DNA of 64,000 nucleotides, taken from Longimicrobiales bacterium (GTDB lineage: Bacteria; Gemmatimonadota; Gemmatimonadetes; Longimicrobiales; Gaopeijiaceae). The DNA is taken from the NCBI GenBank assembly GCA_965116905.1, contig OZ220732.1:3264001-3328000 (forward strand), given 5' to 3'. The position numbers were made by a program, and so were the translations under genes. The notes beneath the pieces are model-generated. The model saw only the letters and a program-made list of their open reading frames with translations, had not been told where the DNA came from and did not search any database. Below, in pieces: positions 9,998-20,620 of this stretch (its first letter is position 1; every line of letters begins with the position of its first letter).

Positions 9998-12646
9998 TCA
10001 GCCCCTTCTGGTCCTGGCCGCCCGCCGTCTGGCCGGGCGCCGTGTCCTTTTTCGCTTGGCGGCGCGGGCAAGGAGTTCAACGGCCTCGTCAAGCGTCGTG
10101 GATTCCGCTTCGCGATCCCTGGGCACACTGGCATTGACGGCGCCGTCGGTCACGTACGGGCCGTAGCGTCCGTCGAGCAGCTCCACTTCGGCGCCGGATT
10201 CCGGGTGCGCGCCAAGACGCTTGAGCACGGTCCTTCCCCTCCTGGAGGTCTTCTTGACGGCCAACCGTGCCAGTGCCTCTTCCAGCGTGACCGTAAACAA
10301 CTGGTCCGCAGACTCGAGACTGCGGTATTCCTTTCCGATCGCGACATAGGGACCGTACCGCCCCAGCCCCGCCCTGACCTCACTGCCGCTCTTCGGATCG
10401 GTGCCGAGCACGCGCGGCAGCGACAGCAGGCGCAGCGCAAACTCGAGGGTGACGTCCGACGCGTCCATGCCCTTCGGCAGCCCGACCAGACGCGGCTTGG
10501 CGCCGCCGCTCCGAGCCCGGCCGAGTTGAACATAGGGACCATAGGGTCCGACTCGGAGGAAGACAGGGGACTCCGAATCGGGGTCGGTTCCGAGGAGCTC
10601 GCCGCCCTGGGCTCCGGCCGCGAGAAGCTCCGCGGCCTTCTCAACGGTGAGCTCGTCGATCAGAAGCTCAGCGGGGATCGTCGCGCGGCTCGCCGCCTCA
10701 CCCGCCCCCCTCTCGGCGAAAACCGAGCTCTTGCCGATTCGAACCCGGATCGGCTCCCCCGTCCCGGGGTCGATCCCCAGAGGTATCCTGGGAAAGTCGA
10801 TGCTCGGCAGCGTGGTGTCGATTTCGCGAGCCAGTCCGGGGCGCTCCCCTTCACCATTGTAGAAGGCCTCGAGGAAGCCCCGGGACTCCGCCTGGCCTGC
10901 CGCGATGTCGTCCAGCGAGTCCTCCATCCGGGCGGTAAAGCCGAGGTCGATGTACCTCCCGAAATGTTCACGCAGCAGCTGGATGACAGCCATTCCTATG
11001 TACGTGGGTACGAGCGCCCCGCCCCGTTTCCGCACATAGTCGCGGTCCTGGATCGTCGAGATGGTGGGCGTGTAGGTCGATGGCCGTCCGATGCCTTCAT
11101 CCTCCAGCTTCCGCACCAGAGAAGCCTCCGTGTAGCGGGGCGGAGGCCGGGTCTCGCGGCGATCCGGCTCGACCGAGCGGAGAACGACGGAGGAGGCACC
11201 TGAGTCCGTGGCCGAAGCGTCCGCCTCTGCGAAGACCCTTTCGCCCTCCGACATGGATGGAAGGAGCTGGTCCTTGCGCCTGTCGCCGTACACCCTCAGG
11301 TGGCCCGCGAACCGCAGCACCGACCCCGTGGCCCGAAACGTGTGGTCGACGCCGTCAATCGAGGCCACAAAATCGACCGTGGTTCGGTCGACGCGGGCGT
11401 CGGCCATCTGGGAGGCGACCGTGCGGCTCCAGATCAGCCGGTACAGAAACAGTTCGTCCCGTCCGAGGAATCGCTCAAGGTCCGCGGGGACGCGTCCGAT
11501 CTCCGTCGGGCGGATCCCCTCGTGGGCTTCCTGCGCGATCTTGGACCTGGTTCTGTAGCGCCTCGGACCCTGGTGGTATTCGGCACCGAACGCCTGCTTG
11601 ATGTAACGGCCGGCATCGCCGAGGGCCTTATTGGAAAGGGTGACCGAATCGGTCCTCATGTAGGTGATCAACCCCTCGCGGTCCCCACCGCCTAGATCGA
11701 TTCCCTCGTAGAGCCGTTGCGCCACGCGCATCGTTTGCCTTGGTGACATTCGCAGCCGACCGGCCGCCGCCTGTTGCAGCGTCGATGTGGTGAAGGGCGG
11801 TGCGGGCCTCTGCGTGGTGGATTTCCGGTTGACGGTCCCGACTTCCCAGGGCAGAGCGGCCGGCGCTGCCGCCACGATCGCTTCAGCCGCCTGCCGATTC
11901 AGGGCAACGACACGCCGCGATGAGGCGAGTTCTCCGGTCGACGGATCGAAATCCTTGCCCGTCGCCAGGCGCTTGTCGCCGATGGATGTCAGCAAGGCCG
12001 AGAACTCCTGGTCGCCCTTGCAAAGCACCGCCCTGGCCCGCCAGTACTCGGACACCGCGAAGCGGCGCCGTTCCTCCTCACGCTCGACGATGAGCCGCAG
12101 CGCCACGCTTTGAACGCGGCCCGCGCTCAGTTTCGTGCGCACCTTCTTCCACAGCACCGGTGAAAGGCTGTAGCCGTACAAGCGGTCCAGAATGCGACGA
12201 GCCTCCTGCGCCTGAACCAGCCGCCGGTTGACCTGGCCCGGGTTCGCAAGTGCCGCCTCGACGGCCGAACGCGTAATCTCGTGGAAGGCGATCCGGCGGA
12301 CCGGTACGGAAGGCTCCAGTACCTCGACGAGGTGCCAACTGATCGACTCGCCCTCACGGTCTTCATCGGTGGCCAGGAGTACTTCGTCGGCGTCGCGGAG
12401 GAGCTTCTTCAGCTCGCGGACGTGTCTCCGACTCTCCTCCGGCACGACGTAGACGGGCGTGAAGCCGTCTTCCACGTTCACCGCCATGCGGCCCCACTTC
12501 TTGTCGCGTATGGAGCCGGGAATCTCCCTGGCTGAACGCGGCAGGTCCCGGATGTGCCCATAGGAAGCATGCACCCGGTATTCCGGACCCAGGAACCTCG
12601 CAATCGTTTTCGCCTTCGCAGGCGACTCCACAATGACCAGCTTCAC
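9998..12646 (-). CDS. topA: DNA topoisomerase I (Zn-finger-free type with C-terminal repeats and basic tail)
   Basis: LVIVESPAKAKTI, ATDEDREGE, SAGRVQS, ITYMRTDS, GIGRPSTY, repeated GxYGPYV motifs. Confidence 0.96.
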   Translation of the reverse strand: MKLVIVESPAKAKTIARFLGPEYRVHASYGHIRDLPRSAREIPGSIRDKKWGRMAVNVEDGFTPVYVVPEESRRHVRELKKLLRDADEVLLATDEDREGESISWHLVEVLEPSVPVRRIAFHEITRSAVEAALANPGQVNRRLVQAQEARRILDRLYGYSLSPVLWKKVRTKLSAGRVQSVALRLIVEREEERRRFAVSEYWRARAVLCKGDQEFSALLTSIGDKRLATGKDFDPSTGELASSRRVVALNRQAAEAIVAAAPAALPWEVGTVNRKSTTQRPAPPFTTSTLQQAAAGRLRMSPRQTMRVAQRLYEGIDLGGGDREGLITYMRTDSVTLSNKALGDAGRYIKQAFGAEYHQGPRRYRTRSKIAQEAHEGIRPTEIGRVPADLERFLGRDELFLYRLIWSRTVASQMADARVDRTTVDFVASIDGVDHTFRATGSVLRFAGHLRVYGDRRKDQLLPSMSEGERVFAEADASATDSGASSVVLRSVEPDRRETRPPPRYTEASLVRKLEDEGIGRPSTYTPTISTIQDRDYVRKRGGALVPTYIGMAVIQLLREHFGRYIDLGFTARMEDSLDDIAAGQAESRGFLEAFYNGEGERPGLAREIDTTLPSIDFPRIPLGIDPGTGEPIRVRIGKSSVFAERGAGEAASRATIPAELLIDELTVEKAAELLAAGAQGGELLGTDPDSESPVFLRVGPYGPYVQLGRARSGGAKPRLVGLPKGMDASDVTLEFALRLLSLPRVLGTDPKSGSEVRAGLGRYGPYVAIGKEYRSLESADQLFTVTLEEALARLAVKKTSRRGRTVLKRLGAHPESGAEVELLDGRYGPYVTDGAVNASVPRDREAESTTLDEAVELLARAAKRKRTRRPARRRAARTRRG

Positions 12647-12648
12647 TC

Positions 12649-13224
12649 TCACTCCTCCATGCCCGCCCCGCACAAGACCGGTTGTCGCAGGATCTCCCGC
12701 ACGATCTGTGCGGGCGACCTGTCCTCGGTGTCGATTGTAATATGACTCCGTCGATAGTGGGCAGTTCGCGCCCGCAGCAAACGCTGCGCAGCTACGAGTG
12801 GGTCCTCCACGTCCAGTAGCGGTCGCGAGCGCCGCGCAGTGCGCGTCCTGGCCAGCGCGGTTTCCGGAGTCACCCGCAGCCAGACCGCCACCGAGTGTTC
12901 GTCGATCAGGTCCATGTGACCCGGCTCGGCGGCCCAGCCGCCACCCATGGCCAACACGACCTGGCGACGCCGAAGGACGCGCCGCCCGGCCCTCGACTCC
13001 AATTCCCTGAAACGTTCCACTCCGCGGCTGCGGATCAGTTCCCCCGCGGACGAACCCTCCGCTTGTCCCACCTCCACGTCAAGATCCACGAAGCGCCAGC
13101 CGAGCGTTCGGGCGAGAACCGGGCCCACCGTAGATTTTCCGGCCCCCATGAAGCCGATCAATACGATGCGCTCCACCGTCCCGGCCGGAACCGGCGGCAC
13201 CGACGCCACGCTGCGCTCCGGCAT
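12649..13224 (-). CDS. aroK: Shikimate kinase
   Basis: LIGFMGAGKSTVG, FVDLD, FRELE, GGG, RPLL; start overlaps aroC stop. Confidence 0.9.
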   Translation of the reverse strand: MPERSVASVPPVPAGTVERIVLIGFMGAGKSTVGPVLARTLGWRFVDLDVEVGQAEGSSAGELIRSRGVERFRELESRAGRRVLRRRQVVLAMGGGWAAEPGHMDLIDEHSVAVWLRVTPETALARTRTARRSRPLLDVEDPLVAAQRLLRARTAHYRRSHITIDTEDRSPAQIVREILRQPVLCGAGMEE

Positions 13225-14456
13225 CACCCGTGCTCCGGCCCTCGCTCCCGAAAGCCGCGGGAGTTGAGTCGGTCCACGTAGGAATCCAGATTCCGCCTGA
13301 ATTCCCCGAGCGAGTCGCCCCCGAATTTCTCCATCATGGCGTCGGCCACCACAAGCGCCACCATGGCCTCCGCGACCACGGCGGCCGCCGGCACCGCGCA
13401 CACGTCGCTGCGCTCGACCGTGGCATGCCTGGTCGTCCCGTCCCGCAGATCCACACTGGGAAGCCGATTGCGGAGAAGCGTGGAAATGGGCTTCATCGCC
13501 CCCCGCACAACCAGGGGCGAGCCCGTGGTCACACCGCCCTCGAGTCCGCCGGAACGGTTGCGAGAACGTCGGAAACCTCCGGACCGGGTGCGGGTTTCGT
13601 CCCGGTGGATTGGATCGTGCACGCGGGAACCCGGTCGACCCGCATTGATGAATGCCGGGCCGATCTCGACGCCCTTGATCGCGTGAACGGACATGACCGC
13701 CTGTGCCAGCCGCCCGTCCAGCTTGCGGTCCCACGCCACGTAGCTGCCCAGGCCTACCGGCAAGCCCCTCACCACGACCTCGAAGCACCCGCCCAGGGTG
13801 TCTCCCGCCTTCTTCGCCGCCTCGATCGCCGAGATCATCTCGGTCTCGGCGGCCGGATCCAATGTGCGCACCGGAGAGGGATCGGCGGCACCGTTGAGGT
13901 CCGTCGGCAGCTCGCCCGGGACCTGGGCCTCTACCTCACCGATACGTGTCACGTGGCTGCCCAGTGTCGTCCCGACCTCCCGCAGGAGGACCTTGGCCAC
14001 GGCGCCGCAAGCTACCCGGGCGGCGGTCTCGCGGGCAGACGCCCGCTCGAGTACATCCCTGGCGTCCCGCCGATCGTACTTCAGCACTCCGGCCAGATCG
14101 GCGTGGCCGGGCCGGGGCAGGTACACGGGACGCAGCGCCTTGGGATTCCCTTCCGGGTCGGGCGGCTCGTGGGCCATCGCGGTGTTCCAGTTTTCCCAGT
14201 CACGGTTCCAGATCAGCATCGAAAGCGGCGAACCCAGCGTCGAGCCCAACCGCAGTCCCGACATGATCTCCGCCCGGTCGGACTCGATCAGCATGCGCCG
14301 CCCTCGGCCGTAGCCCCCCTGTCGGCGTTTCAGGTCCGGGTCGATGTCACGAACGGGATCGAGAGGCATCCCTGCAGGCAACCCCTCCAGGATGGCTACG
14401 AGGCCGCGGCCATGGGACTCTCCGGCGGTACGGAAGGAAACGTGATCCAGGGGCAT
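13224..14456 (-). CDS. aroC: Chorismate synthase
   Basis: TAGESHG, RPGHAD, RASARETAARV, GGLEGG, MKPIST, RSDVCAVP. Confidence 0.97.
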   Translation of the reverse strand: MPLDHVSFRTAGESHGRGLVAILEGLPAGMPLDPVRDIDPDLKRRQGGYGRGRRMLIESDRAEIMSGLRLGSTLGSPLSMLIWNRDWENWNTAMAHEPPDPEGNPKALRPVYLPRPGHADLAGVLKYDRRDARDVLERASARETAARVACGAVAKVLLREVGTTLGSHVTRIGEVEAQVPGELPTDLNGAADPSPVRTLDPAAETEMISAIEAAKKAGDTLGGCFEVVVRGLPVGLGSYVAWDRKLDGRLAQAVMSVHAIKGVEIGPAFINAGRPGSRVHDPIHRDETRTRSGGFRRSRNRSGGLEGGVTTGSPLVVRGAMKPISTLLRNRLPSVDLRDGTTRHATVERSDVCAVPAAAVVAEAMVALVVADAMMEKFGGDSLGEFRRNLDSYVDRLNSRGFRERGPEHG

Positions 14457-14531
14457 GGGGGAGGCGGGCGGAGGGTGTGTTGGGGTACCGGCACCCGATT
14501 ACCGGGTTTCCATAGATAGCAAAGGGCTCGG

Positions 14532-15944
14532 TTACGGGGAAGCCGCACGCACGATCGTGGGCGTGACGAGGATCAGCAGGTCGCGCTGCACTGACGACTC
14601 GCGGCGGGTGCGGAAAAGCCGCCCCAACAGCGGAAGGTCCATCAGCACGGGAACGCCCGACAGGACCTCCCCGGTCTCGTCCACGGTCAGGCCTCCGATG
14701 ACCACGGTCTCGCCGTCCCTCACCAGCACCCGCGACTCCGCTTTCTGTCGGCGAAAGATCAGACCGACGTCCGACGGTGCCAGGTCCGCCGAGGAACGTT
14801 CGGCGGCAAGGTCGAGCATGATCTCGTCCGCGTCGGTGATCCGGGGAGTGACCTCGAGGATCACTCCGGTCTCCTTGTAGTCCACAGTGGCGACAGGGAC
14901 CGTGCTCCGGGTCCCGACGGCCCCGTTCGCTTGAAGCTGCGCCCCCGCGTCGATCACTCTGACCGGCGTTTCTTCACCCACGACGATTCTCGCTGTGCGG
15001 TTGTCCATCACCCGCACGGAAGGCCGTGCCTCCACATCCGTCAACTGAGCCGCTTCAAGGGCATCGATGAAACCGACGAGTGTACTCCGCCCGATCACAA
15101 GCGAGGTAAGCAGCGACAGGGTCGGATTCGCGACCCGGTTGGTCGCGTTGCCCAGAGCCGCAAGCGAGTTTCCGCCGAGAGAGACCACGTCGGTCCCGGC
15201 TTCGGCCTGCCGTTCGGTGGCCGAAACGACCCCGTCTCCATCGACGTCGATGGCCCCCGGGACAAGCAGGTTGAGCTGGTTGCCATCGGTGTCCTTGAGG
15301 TCGTACGTGATCCCGAAGCCCGCCAGCCCCGACCGGTTGACGAAGATGATCTCGGCGGCGATATCCACCTGCCGCGCCCGTACATCGAGATCGCCGACGA
15401 GGCGCCGAGCCGACTCCACCACTCTCGGGATGTCACTCACGACAAGTGTATTGCTCGCCGGGCTCACCGAGACGCGGCCTCGATCACTCAGGAGCGCCGC
15501 GATCAGATCCTGCAACTCCAGCGCGTCTCCGTACCGCACCCTCAGCGGCTCGGTGACGATGGGCAGCACGGATTCGCGGTCGAAAGCACCCCGCATGTCG
15601 AGCACGAGGATGATGCCGCTCTCCTGCTCGTATGCGACGAGCCCATGAGCGTCGAGGAGCGCGTCAAGCGCAACGTTCCACGGCTGGTCCCTAATCTCGG
15701 CGGACACGAGCCGGTCCACACCGGTTCCCGGGATGATCGAGCGATTCGCGAACTCGGCAAAGGTGAAGAGGACATCGCGGATGGGCGTCTCGTCAAAGAA
15801 CACCGAGATCGGCTGGCCGGTCTCCGCTGCGGAGACGCCGGACGGGGGATCGGCCTGCCCGCTGGCTTCGGCCGCGGCGCCGACGGCCGCCGATGTGAGC
15901 ACGGCAAGGTACAGCGACCGCAGGTGGATCCGGATGGAGCTCAT
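14532..15944 (-). CDS. pilQ: Type IV pilus secretin PilQ (short, no AMIN domains)
   Basis: Signal peptide, PWNVALD N0 motif, SNTLVVSD, GVILEVTP, GETVVIGGL, VPVLMDLPLLGRLF, LLILVTP. Confidence 0.9.
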   Translation of the reverse strand: MSSIRIHLRSLYLAVLTSAAVGAAAEASGQADPPSGVSAAETGQPISVFFDETPIRDVLFTFAEFANRSIIPGTGVDRLVSAEIRDQPWNVALDALLDAHGLVAYEQESGIILVLDMRGAFDRESVLPIVTEPLRVRYGDALELQDLIAALLSDRGRVSVSPASNTLVVSDIPRVVESARRLVGDLDVRARQVDIAAEIIFVNRSGLAGFGITYDLKDTDGNQLNLLVPGAIDVDGDGVVSATERQAEAGTDVVSLGGNSLAALGNATNRVANPTLSLLTSLVIGRSTLVGFIDALEAAQLTDVEARPSVRVMDNRTARIVVGEETPVRVIDAGAQLQANGAVGTRSTVPVATVDYKETGVILEVTPRITDADEIMLDLAAERSSADLAPSDVGLIFRRQKAESRVLVRDGETVVIGGLTVDETGEVLSGVPVLMDLPLLGRLFRTRRESSVQRDLLILVTPTIVRAASP

Positions 15945-16510
15945 GTTCCGCTTCTCCGAACCGGTCGGGGAGCCTCGAGGACCCGCCTGGTGACACCCTC
16001 TCCGTCCGTGAGGTCCACGACGACCTGCCGGTGCCGAATCCTGACAATCCGGAGCGGTCCCAGGGTGTCGCCGGTACGCAGCCGATGCGTGGACGCTTCG
16101 GCCGCACGGAGTCCGTCGGCTCCGGGTCCGCCGGCTCCGGCGTCGACGCCCGGCTCCCCGCCGGCGCGGAGCAAGACGAGGCTGTGCCGTGGAATCCTGT
16201 GGTAGATGATCCCCAGGACCTGTAGGCCGGCAACCGCATCCCCATCGGCCGGTTGCACCGCGAGAGGCTTGAATGGGTCACGTCTCCCATGGACGGGATA
16301 CACGAACCTCTCGCGCTCCAGCACCAGTTGGCCGGCCGAACCGGGTCCGTCACCGTACGGCTCCCGGCTGTGACTCGCCGTCCCGGTCGCAACCGGCACT
16401 CCGGCGCTCAACGCGGCACACCAGCCGACCGCAACCAGAAGCGCCAGGGAGCCGGAAACGCCATGGACACGATTCATGGAGATGGGCTCGCGCATTGTCC
16501 GCTCCTTCAT
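15941..16510 (-). CDS. pilP: PilP-like protein
   Basis: RRDPFKPL motif; position between pilO and pilQ; overlapping start/stop codons. Confidence 0.6.
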   Translation of the reverse strand: MKERTMREPISMNRVHGVSGSLALLVAVGWCAALSAGVPVATGTASHSREPYGDGPGSAGQLVLERERFVYPVHGRRDPFKPLAVQPADGDAVAGLQVLGIIYHRIPRHSLVLLRAGGEPGVDAGAGGPGADGLRAAEASTHRLRTGDTLGPLRIVRIRHRQVVVDLTDGEGVTRRVLEAPRPVRRSGT

Positions 16511-17133
16511 GTGTCGGGTTGCTCCGATGCTGTGGCAGAGTCCCGCGGCGTTTGCCGCAGCTCGGGCTTGCGTATGTACGTCGTGAGGCGAACGTGGGCT
16601 GTCACGCTTCCGCTGTGCGCCCTCATGTCGCCCGGTGTGCCAACCGCCGGAACAATGGTCACGACCTGCGGAACCAGTAGTCGTTCCCGGGACGCGGCAT
16701 CGGTAAGGAAACTCGCAACTGCGTGATAGGTCCCCTGGAGCTCCATCTCGTAGCTCCAATGATCGTAGAACGGCCCGTCCTGAATTGGCCCGGGACGCAT
16801 CCTGGTCACCTGGACACCCGGCCCGCCCCGGGCGGCGGAGAGCGATGCCAGAAGCGACGCCAGCTCCTGGTCGGACGGCACGATCGTCTCCAGCCGTTCG
16901 AGTTGCGCCTGGCTGCGTGAGACCCGCTGCTCCAGCAGCCGCGCTTCGGTTGCCCTGCGTTGCCCCTCGGCGTTGTGGGCTTCCAGACGCCGGAGTCTGG
17001 ATGCTTGCTCCTCGACGCGCTCGAAGCGCGGCACGTGAACATAGGTGTACACGAAATAGACACTCGAGACCGCCAGAAACGCGACTAGAACCGCGGCCTT
17101 TCTGACCGGGTCACGAGGCAGCCAACTCACCAT
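16507..17133 (-). CDS. pilO: Type IV pilus assembly protein PilO
   Basis: N-terminal TM, coiled coil, VPSDQELASLL, LQGTYHAVASFL. Confidence 0.8.
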   Translation of the reverse strand: MVSWLPRDPVRKAAVLVAFLAVSSVYFVYTYVHVPRFERVEEQASRLRRLEAHNAEGQRRATEARLLEQRVSRSQAQLERLETIVPSDQELASLLASLSAARGGPGVQVTRMRPGPIQDGPFYDHWSYEMELQGTYHAVASFLTDAASRERLLVPQVVTIVPAVGTPGDMRAHSGSVTAHVRLTTYIRKPELRQTPRDSATASEQPDT

Positions 17134-17804
17134 TGGGCGGTATCGGCCACCGGGACCCAATCGATCAGTTCGGGATCGGGGGTCTCGTGGGCCGCCTCGA
17201 TTACGAAGTCGTAGAGCTCTTCGGTTTCGTCCAACATGGGTCGTTCATTCCGCTCGGAGTTGATGAGCCGAACATCACGCATGAACGGAGAGCCCTCCAT
17301 GGCGTGCCAGAACCGGGTCAATGCGAGATTGCCCCGCGCCGTGCCCTCGATCCGCAGACGGATCGCGTCTTCGGCCGAGGACGCATGGGCCAGCCGCGTC
17401 AGCCACGCTTCCCTCGGCAGCGCACCCGCAACCTCGTCCATCAGATGCGGCCACACGTAGCGCTGTGCGTCCAACTCGAGCACGAGATCAACCCGCGAAG
17501 CGATGGAATCTCGATGCGCCTCGAGAAGGCGCGTGTTCTCAATGGTCACCGCGAGCCGAACCGAATCCCGGAGCGCGACTTCCATGCGGCCCGCAACCCC
17601 TGCCGAATCTTCCCCCGCCGCCGTGACCAGGAGGATCGCCGTGATCGAAGCCGCCAATGCGACAGCCGTCGAACCAATCATCCACCCGTCGCGTGGGAGG
17701 GGCTTCGTCAATCCCGACGGCGCTACCTCTTCGGCGCGCGGGCGACGGCCCCGGCGCTCGCGGAGCAGGTCGACTTCGATCATGGTTCGCGTCTCCGCCC
17801 GCAT
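17127..17804 (-). CDS. pilN: Type IV pilus assembly protein PilN
   Basis: MIEVDLL (INLL-like PilM-binding motif), TM, WPHLMDEVAGALP..WLT, IEGTA. Confidence 0.8.
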   Translation of the reverse strand: MRAETRTMIEVDLLRERRGRRPRAEEVAPSGLTKPLPRDGWMIGSTAVALAASITAILLVTAAGEDSAGVAGRMEVALRDSVRLAVTIENTRLLEAHRDSIASRVDLVLELDAQRYVWPHLMDEVAGALPREAWLTRLAHASSAEDAIRLRIEGTARGNLALTRFWHAMEGSPFMRDVRLINSERNERPMLDETEELYDFVIEAAHETPDPELIDWVPVADTAQW

Positions 17805-18841
17805 CAGGTTGTCCGCAAGGCCAGACCGACGGCGAGGCCCAGCATCGGAGCTGCGTGTTCGAGGGCCCAGTGGGTCGCCAGGCCGGAACCAACCATGACG
17901 CGTTCAAAGGGATTCGCCAGACGGGTCTCCACCTTGACTCGCCGTGCCATGAGATCCGCCAGACCGGGGATGCACGCGCCTCCCCCACTCATATAGACGC
18001 GCCCCAGGCCCCTGCCCGGCTGACGCGCGCCGACGACCGCCGACGCCCGCTCGACACCGGTCACGATGCGTTCGGCCGCCGCGTCCAGCACACCCGCGAA
18101 CGCGGTGCCGCGGTCCCCGCTTCGAAGAAACTCTTCCGCCTTTACGCGGGTCAGGCCGTGCTCCTGCCGCAATCGCTCCAGGATCCATCCGGAGCCAACC
18201 GGAAGATCCTTGGAGAGCACCGGCATGCCATCGTCCAGGAGACTGACGCTCGTGACGTCGTGGCCGACGTTGACGAGCGTCGCCATTCCGTCCGCAGCGT
18301 CCGGATGGTTGTGCACCAACATGTTGTGCAGCGCCAGGGCCTCGACATCGATCAGAGACACGCCGAGCCCCGCTCCCCTGAGCAGAGCAACCCGGGCTTC
18401 GACCCGTTCGCGCCTGGCCGCTACCAGCAACACCTCCGCGGACGTGTCATCGCGGCCGGCTCGAAGAACATGGAAATCCAGCTGCACTTCCCGGAGATCG
18501 AAGGGTACGTGCCGTTCGGCCTCGCGGCGCACTGCCTCGTCACGGGTCGCTCCAAACGGCGATTCGACTGTCAGGGTCTTCATGAAGACGTGGTGTCCGC
18601 CAAGGGCCGTGACCACCTCGGCCGATCCGCCGGGCAGGGTCTCGGCCAGCTTCTGCAGCGCTGCGCCTACGCGCCCCGGACGGATGACCTCCCCGTCTGT
18701 CAGGGCCCCTCGGGGCACTTGTGCGACGGTGACGCTGGTGAGCTCGGGCGAGTCCCCTCCATGATCAACCTCGACGAGCTTGGTGAAGGCACTTCCCACG
18801 TCCAGACCCAGGGTCTTCCGCCCGCGTCGAAACCACGCCAT
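17804..18841 (-). CDS. pilM: Type IV pilus assembly protein PilM
   Basis: LGLDVGS, VPFDLREVQLDF, VLLVAA, IDVEALAL, SGGGA, AVGLALR. Confidence 0.9.
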   Translation of the reverse strand: MAWFRRGRKTLGLDVGSAFTKLVEVDHGGDSPELTSVTVAQVPRGALTDGEVIRPGRVGAALQKLAETLPGGSAEVVTALGGHHVFMKTLTVESPFGATRDEAVRREAERHVPFDLREVQLDFHVLRAGRDDTSAEVLLVAARRERVEARVALLRGAGLGVSLIDVEALALHNMLVHNHPDAADGMATLVNVGHDVTSVSLLDDGMPVLSKDLPVGSGWILERLRQEHGLTRVKAEEFLRSGDRGTAFAGVLDAAAERIVTGVERASAVVGARQPGRGLGRVYMSGGGACIPGLADLMARRVKVETRLANPFERVMVGSGLATHWALEHAAPMLGLAVGLALRTT

Positions 18842-18845
18842 GGCG

Positions 18846-19901
18846 CTATCCGCCAGCCGGAGGGACCGGGCCCGCCCAGGAGCGGCCCGGCAGCGGGATC
18901 GGGCGCGCGAGGGTCAATGCCTCACGGAGTGCGTTGTACGCGGCGCATGCGGACCCGTCGATTACAGAGCCATCGGCAAGTGCAACGGAGCCGCCCGCGC
19001 GCACCAGGCCCACGATCGTGGCGCCCTGCTCAAGGTCCACGTCTCCAGAGGCGAGGACCAGGCCGGTCCAGCTCGCTCCGGCCTGAAGACGCAAGCTTCC
19101 GTGCACGGTCAGAATGCCGGCTTCCTGACCGGTCAACAGAAGGTCGCCCCGGCTGTGCACCAGACCGCGCCAGCACCGGTTGCACCCCAATGTCCCGAAC
19201 GTGCCTCGGTGTGGCACATGGTCGGCAAGTTCCGCAAGCAATGGTTCGGAGAACCACCCGAGCCTCAGGTCGGCGAAGCCTGCGTTTCCCGCGGAGCCCC
19301 ATTCGGGTGGACTCGGCAGCGACGCGTAGGCCATCAGGTGCTGCGCGAGAGGGAAATCGGGAAGCGTCGCCAACTCGTCACACCCCTCCATCCCCGCCCG
19401 AGTGGCAAGGATGGAGTCCGTGCGGACACTGGCCGCCAATCCCATTGCCAGCGAATCCGCTTCCACTACCGCGCGGTGCGATGCCGTCCGTGCCAGCGGG
19501 TCCGGCCACCAGGCCACCCGGGCTTCCCGCATGGGGACGCCATCACCCACCTCCCCCTCGCCGATGAAGAGATGGAATTCGCGCGCGAGCCGGAGTTCAC
19601 GCACACGCCAAGTGCCCTGATGACCGAATGTTCCGGAGTCCAGCACCATGGCGGCGGACCCCAACTCCGTGCCGGGCGTTCCGCGTGCCTGCTGAAACCG
19701 TATGTCCAGGCCCCCGCGAGCTCCCGTGCGCGCCGACAACACCTTGCCCGCCATCGTGGCAGCGCGCATCTGCCCCACCGACGCGGCCACCGCCGCCGAG
19801 GCGATCCCGGCCAGGACCAGCAGGGCCAACAGAGCCAGGACCAGGGCGAAACCACTCTGCCCGGAAGCAATCGTGTGCCTCCGCGCGCCTTCGTGCCTCA
19901 T
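18846..19901 (-). CDS. PilX-like minor pilin
   Basis: Prepilin site G|FALVLALL lacking Glu5 (PilX/GspK trait); ATGA overlap with upstream gene. Confidence 0.7.
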   Translation of the reverse strand: MRHEGARRHTIASGQSGFALVLALLALLVLAGIASAAVAASVGQMRAATMAGKVLSARTGARGGLDIRFQQARGTPGTELGSAAMVLDSGTFGHQGTWRVRELRLAREFHLFIGEGEVGDGVPMREARVAWWPDPLARTASHRAVVEADSLAMGLAASVRTDSILATRAGMEGCDELATLPDFPLAQHLMAYASLPSPPEWGSAGNAGFADLRLGWFSEPLLAELADHVPHRGTFGTLGCNRCWRGLVHSRGDLLLTGQEAGILTVHGSLRLQAGASWTGLVLASGDVDLEQGATIVGLVRAGGSVALADGSVIDGSACAAYNALREALTLARPIPLPGRSWAGPVPPAGG

Positions 19902-20620
19902 CTGCGTCCCCAGCTCCTCCACCGGAAGGAAGGCGGAATGGGGCTTGGTCCCTTCCAGGTCATTCGGGCCTCCAGACCGCCGTTCGCCACAGGCGCAAGG
20001 CTGGCCGAGTCGACTGCAATCCCCGTTCCCGTCAATGGCTGCCATGCCGCGCCGCGCCGGTATCGGAAGGCGCCGTCGGAGAAGCGATATGCACCGCGTT
20101 CGAAATACATGCCCACGAGGGGACGGTCGACCGGCGGGTCCAGCAGCCACACCTCGGTGGAAAACCCGGCAACCCGCCGACAGTCGAGCCCTCTCCGCCG
20201 CAACGATCTCGTCAATGCCGAGACGCTCCACCGCCCGTCCTCGGACAGTACAAGAACCGAGTCCTTGTCGGAGTCGGGCGAGCGGTAGCCGGACACCGCG
20301 ACCGCCCAACCCTGCGGCAACTCGGTCGCACACCGGATGGCCATGCCCCGAAAGGCACGGAGGTGCAATTCCTCATCGATAATGGTCCAGTCAACGCCGG
20401 GCTGGCCGTACGCAATCTCGGTCCCGAGGACATGGTGGATCAATCTCGTTTCGTCGAGAATCCTGGCACCGGTGACTACCTGGGTCGCCACGACGCTTTG
20501 GACCGCCGTGACCCACCAGCTCACCTGCACGACCATGAGCAGCAGCGTCCCTGCCACCACTGCTTCCGTCAGAGCGAAGCCAAGCATCCCTTCGCGCCGC
20601 CGACCGCTGCGCGGAATCAT
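19898..20620 (-). CDS. PilW-like minor pilin
   Basis: G|FALTEAVV prepilin motif plus hydrophobic helix. Confidence 0.68.
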   Translation of the reverse strand: MIPRSGRRREGMLGFALTEAVVAGTLLLMVVQVSWWVTAVQSVVATQVVTGARILDETRLIHHVLGTEIAYGQPGVDWTIIDEELHLRAFRGMAIRCATELPQGWAVAVSGYRSPDSDKDSVLVLSEDGRWSVSALTRSLRRRGLDCRRVAGFSTEVWLLDPPVDRPLVGMYFERGAYRFSDGAFRYRRGAAWQPLTGTGIAVDSASLAPVANGGLEARMTWKGPSPIPPSFRWRSWGRR

